Shown: one piece after another, positions 11,386-23,727 of the stretch
Layout: every line of letters starts with the position of its first letter
Position numbering within the stretch: the first letter of the stretch is position 1
Source of the DNA: Nemertoderma westbladi
Taxonomy: Eukaryota; Animalia; Xenacoelomorpha
Direction: 5' to 3'
Assembly (NCBI GenBank): GCA_032718475.1
Contig: JAUCBJ010001204.1
Span: 1-64,000, forward strand
DNA length: 64,000 bases
The notes under the pieces: model-generated
What the model saw: the letters and a program-made list of their open reading frames with translations, nothing else
Told to the model about the DNA's origin: nothing
The model's database searches: none
Position numbers and translations under genes: made by a program

Positions 11386-13059
11386 ACAAGCCCCTGTCTT
11401 GTATTTTAATTATATCAGAAATCCTTGCCTTCAGTACAAAATATCTAAAAATTCATTTACCTGAAGTATGGGTAACATTATAAATTCGCTTTTCACACAG
11501 TAGTTAACTAGCAAGCAAATACCCTTCCGGTTGACTGAATGATTTTATTAATGTTTGCCATGAATAGTACTATATTTGGGTCCCACGACCCACCCCTGAA
11601 CAGCTTTGCTTACATCTGATAGAGAGTAATCCCAAATTAACTTCCCTCTACGAAAATTATTTTAATTAAATACATACAACATAGCAGTCAACAGTACACA
11701 ATAACTAAAATGGCATTCAGCTTACCAGCTATTCGCATTAAGCTAATAGATATTCGATTTCATTGGATTCAGTGAGTGTGTGAGGGCTATTGGGAGAGCA
11801 ATCAGCTTATGATGTAATACATTAGAAGCCCACAGCTTTTGTTTGCTTACTGTCTGAGTTGTAAAGTGAGGATAATACTTGGCACAGAAAGCATTTCCTC
11901 GTTAGGTGGCCATTCCTATAGAATAGCATTACTAGGCCATCTCTATCCATTTTTCATGAGTGCCAGCTGGTGTTTTTATCATTGCGCCTATGGCGTTTTT
12001 TCGTTTATCTCTATTTTTCGAGCCCAGAGGCCATGGACGGAGTAGCCGATCATGCCAGGGACCTTAGAATCGCGGTATCTAGATGCTGTGAAAATTTCAT
12101 CAAAATCGTTAGAGTAGTTTTGGCTGTAGATTAGCCAGTCAGCCAGCCAGTCAGCCAACAATTCTTACAGTAATGAACCTCTCGGTTCCTAATACCTCAA
12201 GGGGATAGCGTGGTAGTGTGAGACAAAGGTGTACTAAATAACAGGTCATGCAGCAAGCGGATTGCTGATATTAGTGGTGGCTGTCCCTTAATTCTAATAA
12301 TTGCTAACCGAAATTTAATATTCTGGAATGTCAAAATCATGCTATCACAGGTCTTGCTCTCTGATTGGACAGTTTAGTTTATTGGCAAATATTGACTTTT
12401 AGAAATATGATTCAAAATTGACGAATTATAAAATAAAATGTTGGCAATTTTAACTTATTACTTAGACTGACAAACCGAATAAAAATGGTGTTTTGTAGAA
12501 TTGGTAGACAATTTTTCATTATACTTATTTCCATGGCAACGGGAATGTAAACAAATTCAAATGTAAAATATTTTGGTAGTTATCTATTTCCTTTAATCAC
12601 CTACCAAATCTAAAGGAAGAATCCATTGTCGCCTTGAAATACAGGCGCGCAAATTTTGAAATTTGCACCCGGTTACCTTGGCAACTACAAGATAAAAATT
12701 CCAGAAACACATTTTATTACATTTCTATGAACCCTAGTCATCATATCCACCTCAGAAAAGTAGCATAAAAGAAGTTTCTAAGAAAATATTATGAAAAAAA
12801 GTGCCATAAATAGGGTAAAGATCGGCCCACGCTAATTTCAGCTATTCGCTTGCTGCATAACCTGTTATTTAGTACACCTCGTGTGAGACCCACCCCATAG
12901 AAGAATACCATAGTGAAGGTAGGAATTGATGAGAGAGTAGATAGAGATGGCGGAGAGTCACGGAAAATTTGGCGCAAATTGTAGAATATAGATTCGTAAA
13001 TTATTATAGAAATCCGTTTTAGAGCTATTTTAAATAATAATATGGTGTACAAGGGGTTG

Positions 13060-13605
13060 CCATGGCTTTTTGTTAATTATCGCTAATAACTCGGTCATTC
13101 CTTGATGAAATTAAACGAAACTTGGTACGTATCTTGTCCGGCAAAAGTTTATAAAGAATCGGAAGTTTGGTAAAAAATGAACGAACGCAACGAGTTTACA
13201 GTGGATACGAATATCTATCTACCATAAATCAGTAGTTACTCTCACAGTTTCCAGACTTTGCATAGTTATAAAGGTCGTTAGTCTCCGTTTAGTAAAATTA
13301 TAGATAATTAGACAAAACAGGACGAGCGCAACGAGGCTAATGAAGGAAAAGAGTATTGCAAAACTAAAAATGTCATACTTAACTTAAATAGCCCTTGTTA
13401 GTAGGTTTACAAATGACAGTTAAAGTGTGTAAGGGCAAACTGAAATGGATCTCTGTTTTTATAACTAGTTTATCACAAACTGATAGCATCGCCTTCACTC
13501 ATATATATTTTGGGAAAGACGGTTTTCGTATATCTAAAAGAGATTAGTATAATGTACTATCTAATATAGGCTCTCGTGCTGCGCGAAGGCCCCACGAACG
13601 TGTGT
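13060..13605. mobile_element. Second copy of the interspersed element at 6965-7305
   Basis: Shares the core at 13081 and the terminal tgctgcgc.aagg.ccca.gaacgtgt. Confidence 0.5.
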
Positions 13606-13835
13606 ATCTGGTACATACAGCCCCCATAAATATAATTATTTATTACATGAGAAAAAAAGTATAACAATATATAATATTTTATAATAATAATAAACGGTCG
13701 ACAGAATATTGAAAAATAAAATGTTCTACGTTTTTTGTCCCATGTAATACGTAATTTTATTCTAAAATTGGTACTTGTTTGTTGCTAAATTCTTTAATAA
13801 AACATAGCGATACACTACACTACAGTAGTTGTGTT

Positions 13836-13996
13836 GAGACGCATCTTAAAGGACCCTGGCCTTGAAGATGCGGATAATATAGCAAATGTCATGGGTGATA
13901 GGGAGTTGTGGCGGTGCAATTTTGTCGATAAGCCGGCACAGCATTCTTAAAAATGCAGCATGCAGATCCTAGTAGTAGTAGTAGACTAGTAGTACT
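13836..13996 (+). mobile_element. 5'-truncated RTE-clade LINE 3' end with (TAG)n tail and 10-bp TSD
   Basis: Near-identical to 45903-46053. Flanked by TAGTTGTGTT at 13826-13835 and 13997-14006. Confidence 0.8.
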
Positions 13997-14762
13997 TAGT
14001 TGTGTTACAAAATAACTGATAAATAAAAAACTGTAGTATTTTACTATATTGCTTCCGTAGTTACTGCGATTGTACGGTAGTAAACTTTTGCGGTAGCGGT
14101 AACGGTATGGCTTTGCGGTAGCGGTAGCAAAAAATTTCGCTGGATTAATGAAGTTAGGTGCTCACTTTTTTGACGACTTTTTTTTTATTAATTGTGGCGT
14201 TTATTTTTGGTAAATTATTTTCTTGAATTAATAAATTGTAATTTCTTTTTGTTTTTGTTGACAGGAAATACGCTACAATGCGAATCAATTTTTCATATAT
14301 AATGTGTAACTGCTGTACTGACTGTAATGATGGATGAACGTTATTTTGCATATTGGTGATTTTTGAAGGTATAAAAAAAGGAAACAATATGACATGAATG
14401 TGATTTTAAGAAAATGCGATATGAAACGAAAATGTTTTGTAATTTTTTCGTATCATAAAAAATGTATATCTTATTAATTTCATAGTTATACGAAATCAGG
14501 ATTATTTTTTTAGAAAATTATTTGACGATTCCAAATAATTTGAACACTATTGCTGCTGTTACAGCCTGTTATGACATATGAATGATTGATATGAACTTCA
14601 ACTTAATTTAGGAACACAGTTTACAGTAAAAATTTTATTTCTTAGGTACTTATTTTTCAATTATCAAATTAACATAAATTCAATGGGCAGGGAGAAACAG
14701 CACCCCAATTGGAAATTTGCCTACAGTAAATAGAAAAAACTAAAAACCAACTACCGTAATAG

Positions 14763-15410
14763 TTGGCATTTGCGGTAGCGGTAGAGGTAACGGTAGTAAA
14801 AAGCGCGGTATTTGCGGTAGCGGTAGTAAAAAGCGCGGTATTTGCGGTAGCGGTAGTAAAAAGCGCGGTATTTGCGGTAGCGGTAGTAAAAAGCGCCGTA
14901 TTTGCGGTAGCGGTAGTAAAAAGCGCGGTATTTGCGGTAGCGGCAGCGGTAGTAAAAAGCGCGGTATTTGCGGTAGCGGTAGCGGTAGTAAAAAGCGCGG
15001 TATTTGCGGTAGCGGTAGTAAAAAGCGCGGTATTTGCGGTAGCGGTAGCGGTAGTAAAAAGCGCGGTATTTGCGGTAGCGGTAGCGGTAGTAAAAAGCGC
15101 GGTATTTGCGGTAGCGGTAGTAAAAAGCGCGGTATTTGCGGTAGCGGTAGTAAAAAGCGCGGTATTTGCGGTAGCGGTAGTAAAAAGCGCGGTATTTGCG
15201 GTAGCGGTAGCGGTAGTAAAAAGCGCGGTATTTGCGGTAGCGGTAGTAAAAAGCGCGGTATTTGCGGTAGCGGTAGCGGTAGTAAAAAGCGCGGTATTTG
15301 CGGTAGCGGTAGTAAAAAGCGCGGTATTTGCGGTAGCGGTAGTAAAAAGCGCGGTATTTGCGGTAGCGGTAGTAAAAAGCGCGGTATTTGCGGTAGCGGT
15401 AGCCGTAGTA
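14763..15410. repeat. 30/36-bp minisatellite (gcggtagcggtagtaaaaagcgcggtattt)
   Basis: About 20 units with a variable extra gcggta. Related short copies at ~14050-14130. Confidence 0.95.
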
Positions 15411-16039
15411 CCGTGAATTTAACATTGTGACGAGTTATTAATTCGCCGATAAATTACGTCCAGTTTCCCGTCCTGTAATAATAATAATATAACATAAATT
15501 TTAAGTTTCATTTTGCTATTCTCATTAGCTAATTTCATATTAATTAATTTGATATTAAAAGTAACCACAACAGTTAACATAATGAATGAATTAATTTTCT
15601 TAAAAAACAAAGTGTTTAAAGGTCTCAAACTGGTCCCGAAGTAAATAAAGTACGGTACGACAATCATTTTGGAAAAATGTAACAATCACCGGCCCCGGCC
15701 ATCAATAGAAGTTGATCACTAGCTAATACCGAATGGGCGCAATGTAGCCAATCACGGCGCGTATATCCAGCCAGATAATTGGATAGTGGCCAATCATGCG
15801 TCTCCATACCTGCTAATTGTGGCCAATTACGCGGCTCCATATCAATGAGCGGCCGTTAGTTAGGGAAATTATCAACTTTGTGAATTTCTTTCAAAGAATA
15901 TATTTTGGAGATAGTTCAACCTGAAAAATATAACAATATTAACTTAAATCAAGATTGTTTTTTCAGTGTGCGGTTATAAAACAATTACAAGATGTCGCTT
16001 TTATTTTGTTTGAGTGAGCCCCCCATGGAGAACAGTTGA

Positions 16040-17015
16040 CCCCGCCCTGCCCGACGGCCTCCATCCGATCCCCGGAACCATGAACCCTGCTGCCCTGACG
16101 GCCTAAATCCCCGGAACCATGGACCCACCCTGTCTGACTGCCTCTATCCTTGGGACCACGGACCCCGCCCTGTCTGACTGCCTCTACCCCCGGAACCATG
16201 GACCCCGCCTTGTCTGACTGCCTCCACCCCCGGAACCATGGACCCACCCTGTCTTACTGCTTCTAACCCCGGAACTATGGACCCCACCCTGTCTGAAGGA
16301 ATCTATCCCCGGAACCATGGACCCCACCCTGACTGACAGCCTCCATCCCCGGAACCATGGACCCACCCTGTCTGACTGCCTCCATCCCCGGAACCATGGA
16401 CCCACCCTGTCTGACTGCCTCTATCCTCGGGACCACGGACCCCACCCTGTCTGACTGCCTCCATCCCCGGAACCATGGACCTCGCCTTGTCTGACTGTCT
16501 CCACCCCCGGAACCATGGACCCACCCTGTCTTACTGCTTCTAACCCCGGAACCACGGACCCCACCCTGTCTGAAAGCCTCTATCCCCGGAACCATGGACC
16601 CCGCCTTGTCTGACTGCCTCCACCCCCGGAACCATGGACCCCGCCCTGTCTGACAGCCTCCATCCTCGGAACCATGGACCCCGCCCTGTCTGACTGCCTC
16701 CATCCCCGGAACCATGGACCTCGCCTTGTCTGACTGTCTCCTCCACCGGAACCATGGACCCACCTTGTCTTACTGCTTCTAACCCCGGAACCACGGACCC
16801 CACCCTGTCTGAAGGCCTCTATCCCCTGAACCATGGACCCCACCCTGCCTGACGGCCTCCATCCCCGGAACCATGGACTTAGCCCCGACTGCCTCCACCC
16901 CCGGAACCATGGAGCCACCCTGTCTTACTGCTTCTAACCCCGGAACCATGGACCCCACCCTGTCTGAAGGGATCTATCCCCGGAACCATGGACCTCCCCC
17001 GGTCTGAAAGCCTCT
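16040..17015. repeat. 39-40-bp minisatellite (ccccggaaccatggaccccaccctgtctgactgcctccat)
   Basis: About 24 diverged units. Confidence 0.95.
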
Positions 17016-17285
17016 AACCTCGCATCTAACTGTTGTGTCGTAACATTGTGAAGGACCTCAGGTAAGATTAACTCGTCGGATTTCGCAGGTCCACTGCAGA
17101 AATTATACAGAGCTTGGTCCATTTCCAGTGTCCACATTATACCTAAATTAATAAGTACAATTTATGGTACGGTAGATGTAGGCCTACATATGTACAGTTA
17201 GGAAAGAAGTGTCTGGGTTATAAGCTTTGCTTAAGTGTCATAAGGCCCTTAAGAAAAAAATCACAATTGTTCAGGAGAGCCTTTG

Positions 17286-17365
17286 ATATAGGGATATAGG
17301 GTATATATAGATATAGGGTATGGGATATAGGGATATAGGGATATAGGGATATAGGGATATAGGGC
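17286..17365. repeat. (GGGATATA)n 8-bp microsatellite
   Basis: Direct inspection. Confidence 0.9.
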
Positions 17366-17519
17366 CTTGGGTTATAGGGCCTTTTATAGGGCCTTTTTGC
17401 AGTAAAATATTGTCCAATAGGATTATGGGATTTTAATTTACTGTGGAGGGATGTCCCGGAATTCCGGCGGAATTTTACCGGAATTACCAGGTTGTTAGCA
17501 AAAAAAGTAAATTTTCTTC

Positions 17520-17778
17520 GGCCGCTAGGCCAGGGATTACGCACAAAGTCTGACGACTTATTTCCTTCCAGTGCGGTCCCCCCAGAACTTTACTCCCCAG
17601 AGGAAACTCCAGTACTCATTTAGCTACCACTTAAGGATGCAAGGCAGAGATGCGCCCTGGCTGGTCCCTTTAAAGCATTCGTGCCGAAACGAAAACTGCC
17701 CTGGCCCATGTGAGGATCGAACCCACGACCTACGGGAGATGTGAATTCAATGCAACCACTACACCACTACGCGGAACC
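17520..17778 (-). mobile_element. tRNA-derived SINE
   Basis: Minus strand begins GGTTCCGCGTAGTGGTGTAGTGG (A box) ... GGTTCGATCC (B box), followed by a non-tRNA body. No complete cloverleaf. Confidence 0.65.
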
Positions 17779-18952
17779 TAACTCGTTGTTAACTAGTAAC
17801 AATGAGGGAAATTACACTGTCACTGCCGCTGCGCTGTTTTTTAAAGTGAACTCAGTCTTGATAGGTATGAAACACTTCCTGATAATCAAACTAAAATGGT
17901 CCCACCATATGTTACACCACCTACAACTGTAGTATTCATACACAATTCACAACCGTATTAATTTACATTACGATTAACTAATTAAACCATTTGTCGTTCT
18001 GAGATTTTTTATGAAATGGGATAAACTGGACCAGGAACTACCTTTGGTATTTACAATTTGCTTATATGACGTTATTAATATTGATTTACATTATTTTACA
18101 TTCATTTAATTATTAATAAATATGATAATATTCGTTTATTATGACTTAACTTATATTAATATGTATAGAATTACTAATAGTAAGAGCAGAGTTTATCACC
18201 ACAAAACATAATTTATAATTAATTGGAATTTAATTATTTGGAAGTTCATTTGTTCAATTTGTTACTTTCACCTTTACACAAACAAGGCGCAGATTATGGT
18301 GAGTGAACACCAAACTTATCGCCTCGTTGGGGGAGAGACGTGACCTCCTCCTCTCTCAGACGTTCCTTGGCGTCTGAAAATATACGTCGGGATTAACGGA
18401 ATATGGTGTGGCAATATAAGTTTAGCATCGGAAACTTGTAATGGTGGACTCGCCACCACTGTAAGACGGACCTGTGGTCACCCTTTGTGACGTTAATAGA
18501 TGCTACGAGTTGTGGATGCGTCATCACCTCCGATATTAACTTGGTCCTGCGTCGTTAGCGTTTAAGTGCCCCATAATACATACATACATACTATATTTCT
18601 ATTTAAGGCAAAGTCTCTATTTCTTACTATAAATCAATTTATTCCCAGCAAAAGTTAAACTGTAACATGTGCTATTGAGTATTGACTCTCGTTTATTGTT
18701 CGTGAACCTGCTCCTTTCGCTTAACGACTCCAGGATATTGCATCAAAGGCAAAGGACCCAATGACGCGAAATCCTAGGTTTTGGTCTCTATAAATTTATA
18801 AAATTAATTTCTTTCACAAAAAATTATAATATAGTTTCATGGGTCATTCAGTGTATTTCAATAATTATACAAAATTCCGGTTCCGGTCGGAATCAAAAAT
18901 ATCGATTCTGCGACATCCCTATACTGAGCAATAACCATCACATCCCTTCGGT

Positions 18953-21900
18953 TCAAGTGTTCAAAACTTCACCAGCTGAAGCAAAATAAAAAGGTAAATC
19001 ATTTAACTGAATTGTCTAACTAATAGGCCTAAACTAACCCGTCTGTTGTCCGTTACCAATAAGATGGTTATAAGCGGCTCTTAGACTTCCGGTAAAGACG
19101 TGTATTGTCCGAGCCGCCTCCTCTACAGAGGATCCCGTAGCATCCGCCAACTTCTTTGTGAGAATGAGAACCCGTTGAGAATCAGCGTCCTAATAAATAA
19201 TATGAAAAAAACATATAAATAATGAAAAATAATATCTGTACTTCTGGCAATATTAGAAAAACAGAGTGTTAATGTCTATATGTATTGTATATATGATACT
19301 TTGGAAATAGAGATCAGACGATACATAAATGTATATACGGTCCGTCTGGAACTTGGGTGATTCACATCAAATGTTTTGTATTTAAATAAACTGGGAAATA
19401 AAAGTAATTGGTGAATATCCTGCACTGCGTGTATCGATAATAGTGTGTCTAACTCCCAACAGCCGCATTTCTACAATCTACATTATAGGTGAATCGCAAT
19501 GGTGGTAAGTTTTATTTAAATATTACTGTATGGAAGGGCGCAGCGTGAGAGACGAAGAGACTGCACCTGTTCCGTCGGGTCTTACCAAAGTGAGAGGGCT
19601 ATTCGACAACTCCGTTAAGAGTTCGATAAAGTGGACTGTATATAAGCAGGAGGTTGATGTGAAAACAAGTAGAGATCGATTTGAACTGCCGGAACTATTA
19701 TATTATATCATTAGAATCAGTTATTATTAAGTACAGATATATAGTTGAGATATTACAGAAATACTGAAATACTATTTACAGATAAAAATGCCGCTAAAAA
19801 TATGAAAACTTTTACTGTTGTAAAAGTCAGGGGCTTCCGCAAGCAGAGAGTGAAGGTGAAAGAAAGGTAAGGAAAGTGAGAAAACAGGCCCTTTTATAGC
19901 CAGACATTATGCAAATCGGGATCGGAACGTACTGGATGCTGATTGGCCGTAGCTCGTCCCTGATTGGTCGGAGCTACTGGTTGGACAAACAGTTACGTTT
20001 CGATCCTAATGCACCTATGGGCCGGTAGAGGGCAGGAGGTCGATGGTAGAAACGTATCAGCGTTTGGGAAACCAAACGTGACCCTAATGGACAAACTTAC
20101 ACGTTTTCATCCAATTACAAATGAATGTCTGCGTGTGGAGACGCAAACGTGATCCCATTGAACAAACCTACACGAGATTACTCACATTACTATACTATGT
20201 ATGTTAAATGATAATTATATATAATTGGTAAATGACAATGGGTGTTAATGTTTTTGATATTATTATAAAACAAGGTTTAACTTACTAAAGGTTGCGAACT
20301 GTTGCAGTAGAAACAATAATCCACCAGTCTAAAGGATTCGGTTTCCTGTGGTGCAGACGGTCGTGTATGATTGTATGTGGTGCCAACAGACAGACTCCTA
20401 CCTTCGGGCGAAGTTTGGGTCACCTTACAACTGGCCAGTCGACCTGCTCTGCCTCTGCGAGCGGTGTTTTGACGCTGTTAAATAAAATATAAATTAAATT
20501 ATTTGGGACTGATCAAATCTGTTTGAATTATTATACATTTCTTACCGGTACTGAAAAGTACCACTTTATTAGTCGAATCACTCTGTTGTGTCAATATATT
20601 ATTGATAGTTGTTATACCCGAGTGGGCACCCGACATTGCTTGCACTAGATATTCAGTAGCTCCGTGGCAGTCAACTACAAAGAGTTGAATTCTTATTGTG
20701 AATGATGAGTTTTTTTTTTGCTAGTTACTTATATCATGGACTGGACACTAAGTGGATTTTGGGCTAAATCGAAAGTGTCCAAATTTAGTATGAAACCACT
20801 TGAACACCCAAAATACCAATAATAGTTCTACTAATATGATATCAGATTAAGGAATATGTATTTACGCTTCCTTACCTTTGGAGAGACGCTATTACCAGAA
20901 TCTGGGGGAGATTTACTGTTACTGCTAGGTTTCTTCCTAGATTTAGTTGAGGAAGGGCTGGCGGTATCCAATATACAGCGAGTTGCCGAGGGTGACGGAG
21001 ATGATTTCCGATTGGCAGTCGGAATAACGACAGAAATCGACTCGTCTTTAAGCGGCTTCGAGTCGGCAGCAAAATCCTGCGGCAAATTCCGAGAGGCGTT
21101 CTCGTTGGTCTCTGTATTCGAGACAGGGTTGCTGCAATCATCGCTGTCCACCTCGTAAATATCGCCGGTATAGGGTCCTTCCAGACCGAGGAATCTGTCC
21201 GATACAACAGAGTCGTCGCCATGGAGATTGGAAGGGACTACAGTCCGGACTGGGGCGGTCAGCTGGACGCCTCTACCGGCGGGAGAAGGAACTGCAGATA
21301 CCCGCTTCCGCAACGGGTACTCTTTCTTAGAAGCAACGCTATGGGCATCCGTATTGGATACTCTCTTCCGCTGTACCTCTTGGCTCGACTTCCTTTGGAT
21401 CTCTCGTCTCCGCGAGAGATCCACCCCAGAACGCCGTCGATCCTTCGTCACAGACAAACGACTCCGGAAATCTTTCCGAATCCGCAGCGGACTTTTCGGT
21501 TTCTTAACCGCAATCGGATCACTAGATTCGGTATCAATATTGTCTTTATTAACAAAGTTAAAAAGATCTGTGTATATATCGAGTTGCTCGGCGACACATT
21601 CTGTTTCCGCAGTAATTTGCGTATTAGAAAGGTTCGCGTTCGGGCTGGGAGGAGGAACGCTTCTCTGTGGAACGTCCAGATCCATCTGTGGACCACTCAG
21701 ATTCCCTTGCGGAACGTTTTGTTCCAACCGTGGAACACTCAGTTTCCCTTGCGGAACGTTTTGTTCCAACTGTGGAACACTCAGTTTCCCCCTCGGAACG
21801 CCCCATTCCCCTGACCTATTGGGTCTCCGCCTCCTACTCAGTTCCCCGCCGCTCTCTAGAAGATTCTTCATGAAGACACTCGAGTTTTCCTTGAGGTTTC

Positions 21901-21956
21901 GAATCTCGGTTGTTGCGACTCTATGTCGCACTAAAATCGAGGTATTAGAAAAGTCC
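18953..21956 (-). CDS. Probable spliced gene (3' exons): large S/R/K-rich disordered protein with C-terminal UBA-like helical domain
   Basis: Phase-consistent GT-AG chain: ~21956-20876 (ends SPK|gtaagg, phase 0), 20474-20286 (189 nt, phase 0), 19189-19057 (DADSQRVLILTKKLADATGSSVEEAARTIHVFTGSLRAAYNHLI, phase 1), 18975-18953 (stop). The 5' boundary is uncertain. Confidence 0.5.
19885..19990 (-). promoter_or_regulatory. Pol II promoter-like module (CCAAT boxes, octamer, TATA)
   Basis: Minus strand order: CCAATC x2 (~19965, ~19945), ATTTGCAT (~19912), GCTATAAAAGGG (~19895). Confidence 0.4.
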
Positions 21957-22399
21957 CTATGAAATACTTTTCAATATTCCGCAGTATTCCTAAAGTTTAT
22001 GCTACAGCTACAGCTGCGGCTTTATATAACCAGATTAGACCCCCACCCCCTCTCATTTTATCCAAACATATTTTATGCAAGCGGAAGTGGCGGCCTCAAT
22101 TAATATTAAAGTAGCGGTAAAGATAACCCAAAACTTATTGGATTACAATTAGGACTTCGTTAAGGATACGTGGCAGTATTAATTTTTCGTTTTGGGCCGT
22201 TTTCGGTTAAAAACAAAAAATGAAAACATATATAACATAACCAAACCATAGACCTAACACGAAAAAGTGGTCGTTTTCTCTTGCTAGAATGAATTGCTTT
22301 GAAACGGAATTGTGTGATCATGATCTATGTATTACAACCCCCCCCCCCCCCCCCCCCCCCCCTCCACACTAATTATGCCTAGTGTATATTACCGATGCG

Positions 22400-22720
22400 T
22401 TATAGAAAGGAAACGGGACAACTGTGCCTAATACCTCGACATTTAGTTCGCAAAGGTGACTTCATTACTTTATGTAGCCGATAGGATTGTTTATGGTAAG
22501 GGCTTAGGTTGCTATGGAGGCCCTTGTCTTTCTCTATATCCTTTACCAGCGACACCACTGGTTTTAGGGACGAATTTCCCAAGAATTCGCGAATATCCGG
22601 AGACATCCGAACCTTCTCATTGCCTAATAAACAGCTATCCGGTCCGCTCTGCAGTGAGGTGCCGGTAACTGAGTCAGACAGCTGTGATGTTGCACCGTTT
22701 TGACCCTCGGTTTGTACCTC
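22400..22720 (-). CDS. Possible internal exon of the orphan gene
   Basis: GC-richer open frame (VQTEGQNG...MSPDIREFLGNSSLKPVV...KSPLR) between two related ORFs. Splice boundaries not resolved. Confidence 0.3.
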   Translation of the reverse strand, partial: EVQTEGQNGATSQLSDSVTGTSLQSGPDSCLLGNEKVRMSPDIREFLGNSSLKPVVSLVKDIEKDKGLHSNLSPYHKQSYRLHKVMKSPLRTKCRGIRHSCPVSFL

Positions 22721-23217
22721 AAAGACACACGTTTTTATTAAGAAACTAATAGAATAAAGTAAAAGGCCTCGTGATAAATTTGAAAGGAATTGCCTATAGC
22801 AAGCGACCTTTAATTTCAGAATTTCTATTATAAAAAAAATAATGAAAACAATTTTAACTTTCAAAACTAGCAAAATGATGCTGAGAGAGTTAGATCAAAA
22901 ATAATAATGGTTGTTAAAATAATTCTTCATGTAAATAAATATATCTCCATAAATACTGAAATAGAAATTTAGATAAATAAATATAAAGAATCATGTAGGC
23001 AGGGGTGAGGCTAAAAAACATAATTAAGTAATTAATTCGAAAGTTCATCAACAGCGCAAAGCTCCTGTAATGCGCCCAATATACCAATCAGACTCAGCCA
23101 ATATATTTAAGTTACACCTTAATTCTGATATTTATTATTATTACTATTAGGCTACCGGTATCTGATAATGTCGTGCCGTAGGTGTTTATTATCTATTGCC
23201 ATACTTATTCTGATATT

Positions 23218-23727
23218 TCAAAGTAATAACGTGGTCCAAACATTTTGCCAATTAATAGTTTGTTCTTCTCCAACTTTTGGACCATTTTTATATACGCCAA
23301 CTTGATTCTCAAATTCTGTACTGATTTCCTCGCTATGTTTACCCCGACGCTGATGTTGTTTCGCTCTTTGATTTCGGTGTCTTTGCCTCGATTCAAGTTT
23401 ACAGTCTATAATGTCCTTCATAAATACACTAGACACCTCTGTGAGATGTTTTATCTCTGTGGACAATCGACTCTTGGATGAATCACTCGGTTCTAGATTA
23501 TCAGAATTATCCTCACGAAAAGGTTCGGAGGTAAACGTATGCATCGGTGATTTAGATTTATAGACAACGGAATCCTTAGATAAATATGATGGTAATGAAT
23601 CTGGATCTGAATGACAAGAATAATATTGAGTACCGGTACCGGTACTTGGACTTGTAGTTGGAGGACAAGGGAACGTGGGTGATTTTAATCCTGAACTGAA
23701 GTCATCGTCACTGCCTGTTGTATCCAT
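23218..23727 (-). CDS. Ser-rich ORF, probable first exon or paralog of the 20.8-22 kb ORF
   Basis: ATG at 23727. Motif RLSTEIKHLTEVSSVFMKDII resembles RVATTEIRNLKENSSVFMKNLL in ORF 20831-21931. Confidence 0.45.
   Translation of the reverse strand: MDTTGSDDDFSSGLKSPTFPCPPTTSPSTGTGTQYYSCHSDPDSLPSYLSKDSVVYKSKSPMHTFTSEPFREDNSDNLEPSDSSKSRLSTEIKHLTEVSSVFMKDIIDCKLESRQRHRNQRAKQHQRRGKHSEEISTEFENQVGVYKNGPKVGEEQTINWQNVWTTLLL

Larger units (their letters stand above)
10035..12194 (-). mobile_element. Non-autonomous Helitron2/Helentron-associated element (HINE-like)
   Basis: Minus-strand 3' end is hairpin cgggcc-tagc-ggcccg plus CTAG|T. Asymmetric subterminal IR aggaaccga (10061) / tcggttcct (12182). 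Internal microsatellite. Confidence 0.7.

Noticed and set aside
14751-17137. YRKYRAFY, AVAVVKS and GPWFRG repeat ORFs
   Set aside because: Minisatellite translations with no coding evidence.
17700-17778. tRNA gene
   Set aside because: A and B boxes are present but there is no proper cloverleaf or terminator, and it continues into a SINE body.
18900-18975. Continuation as a full Rap1 C-terminal domain (W-T-x-E-D-D)
   Set aside because: It requires reading through a stop and a frameshift, which is not enough support to call RAP1/TERF2IP.
19530-19730. Short plus-strand ORF (MEGRSVRDEE...)
   Set aside because: No recognisable motif or supporting gene structure.
20546-20550. 5-nt microexon (ttttcag|TACCG|gtaag on minus strand)
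   Set aside because: It would break the phase of otherwise in-frame flanking exons. It more likely arises from a taccggta motif.
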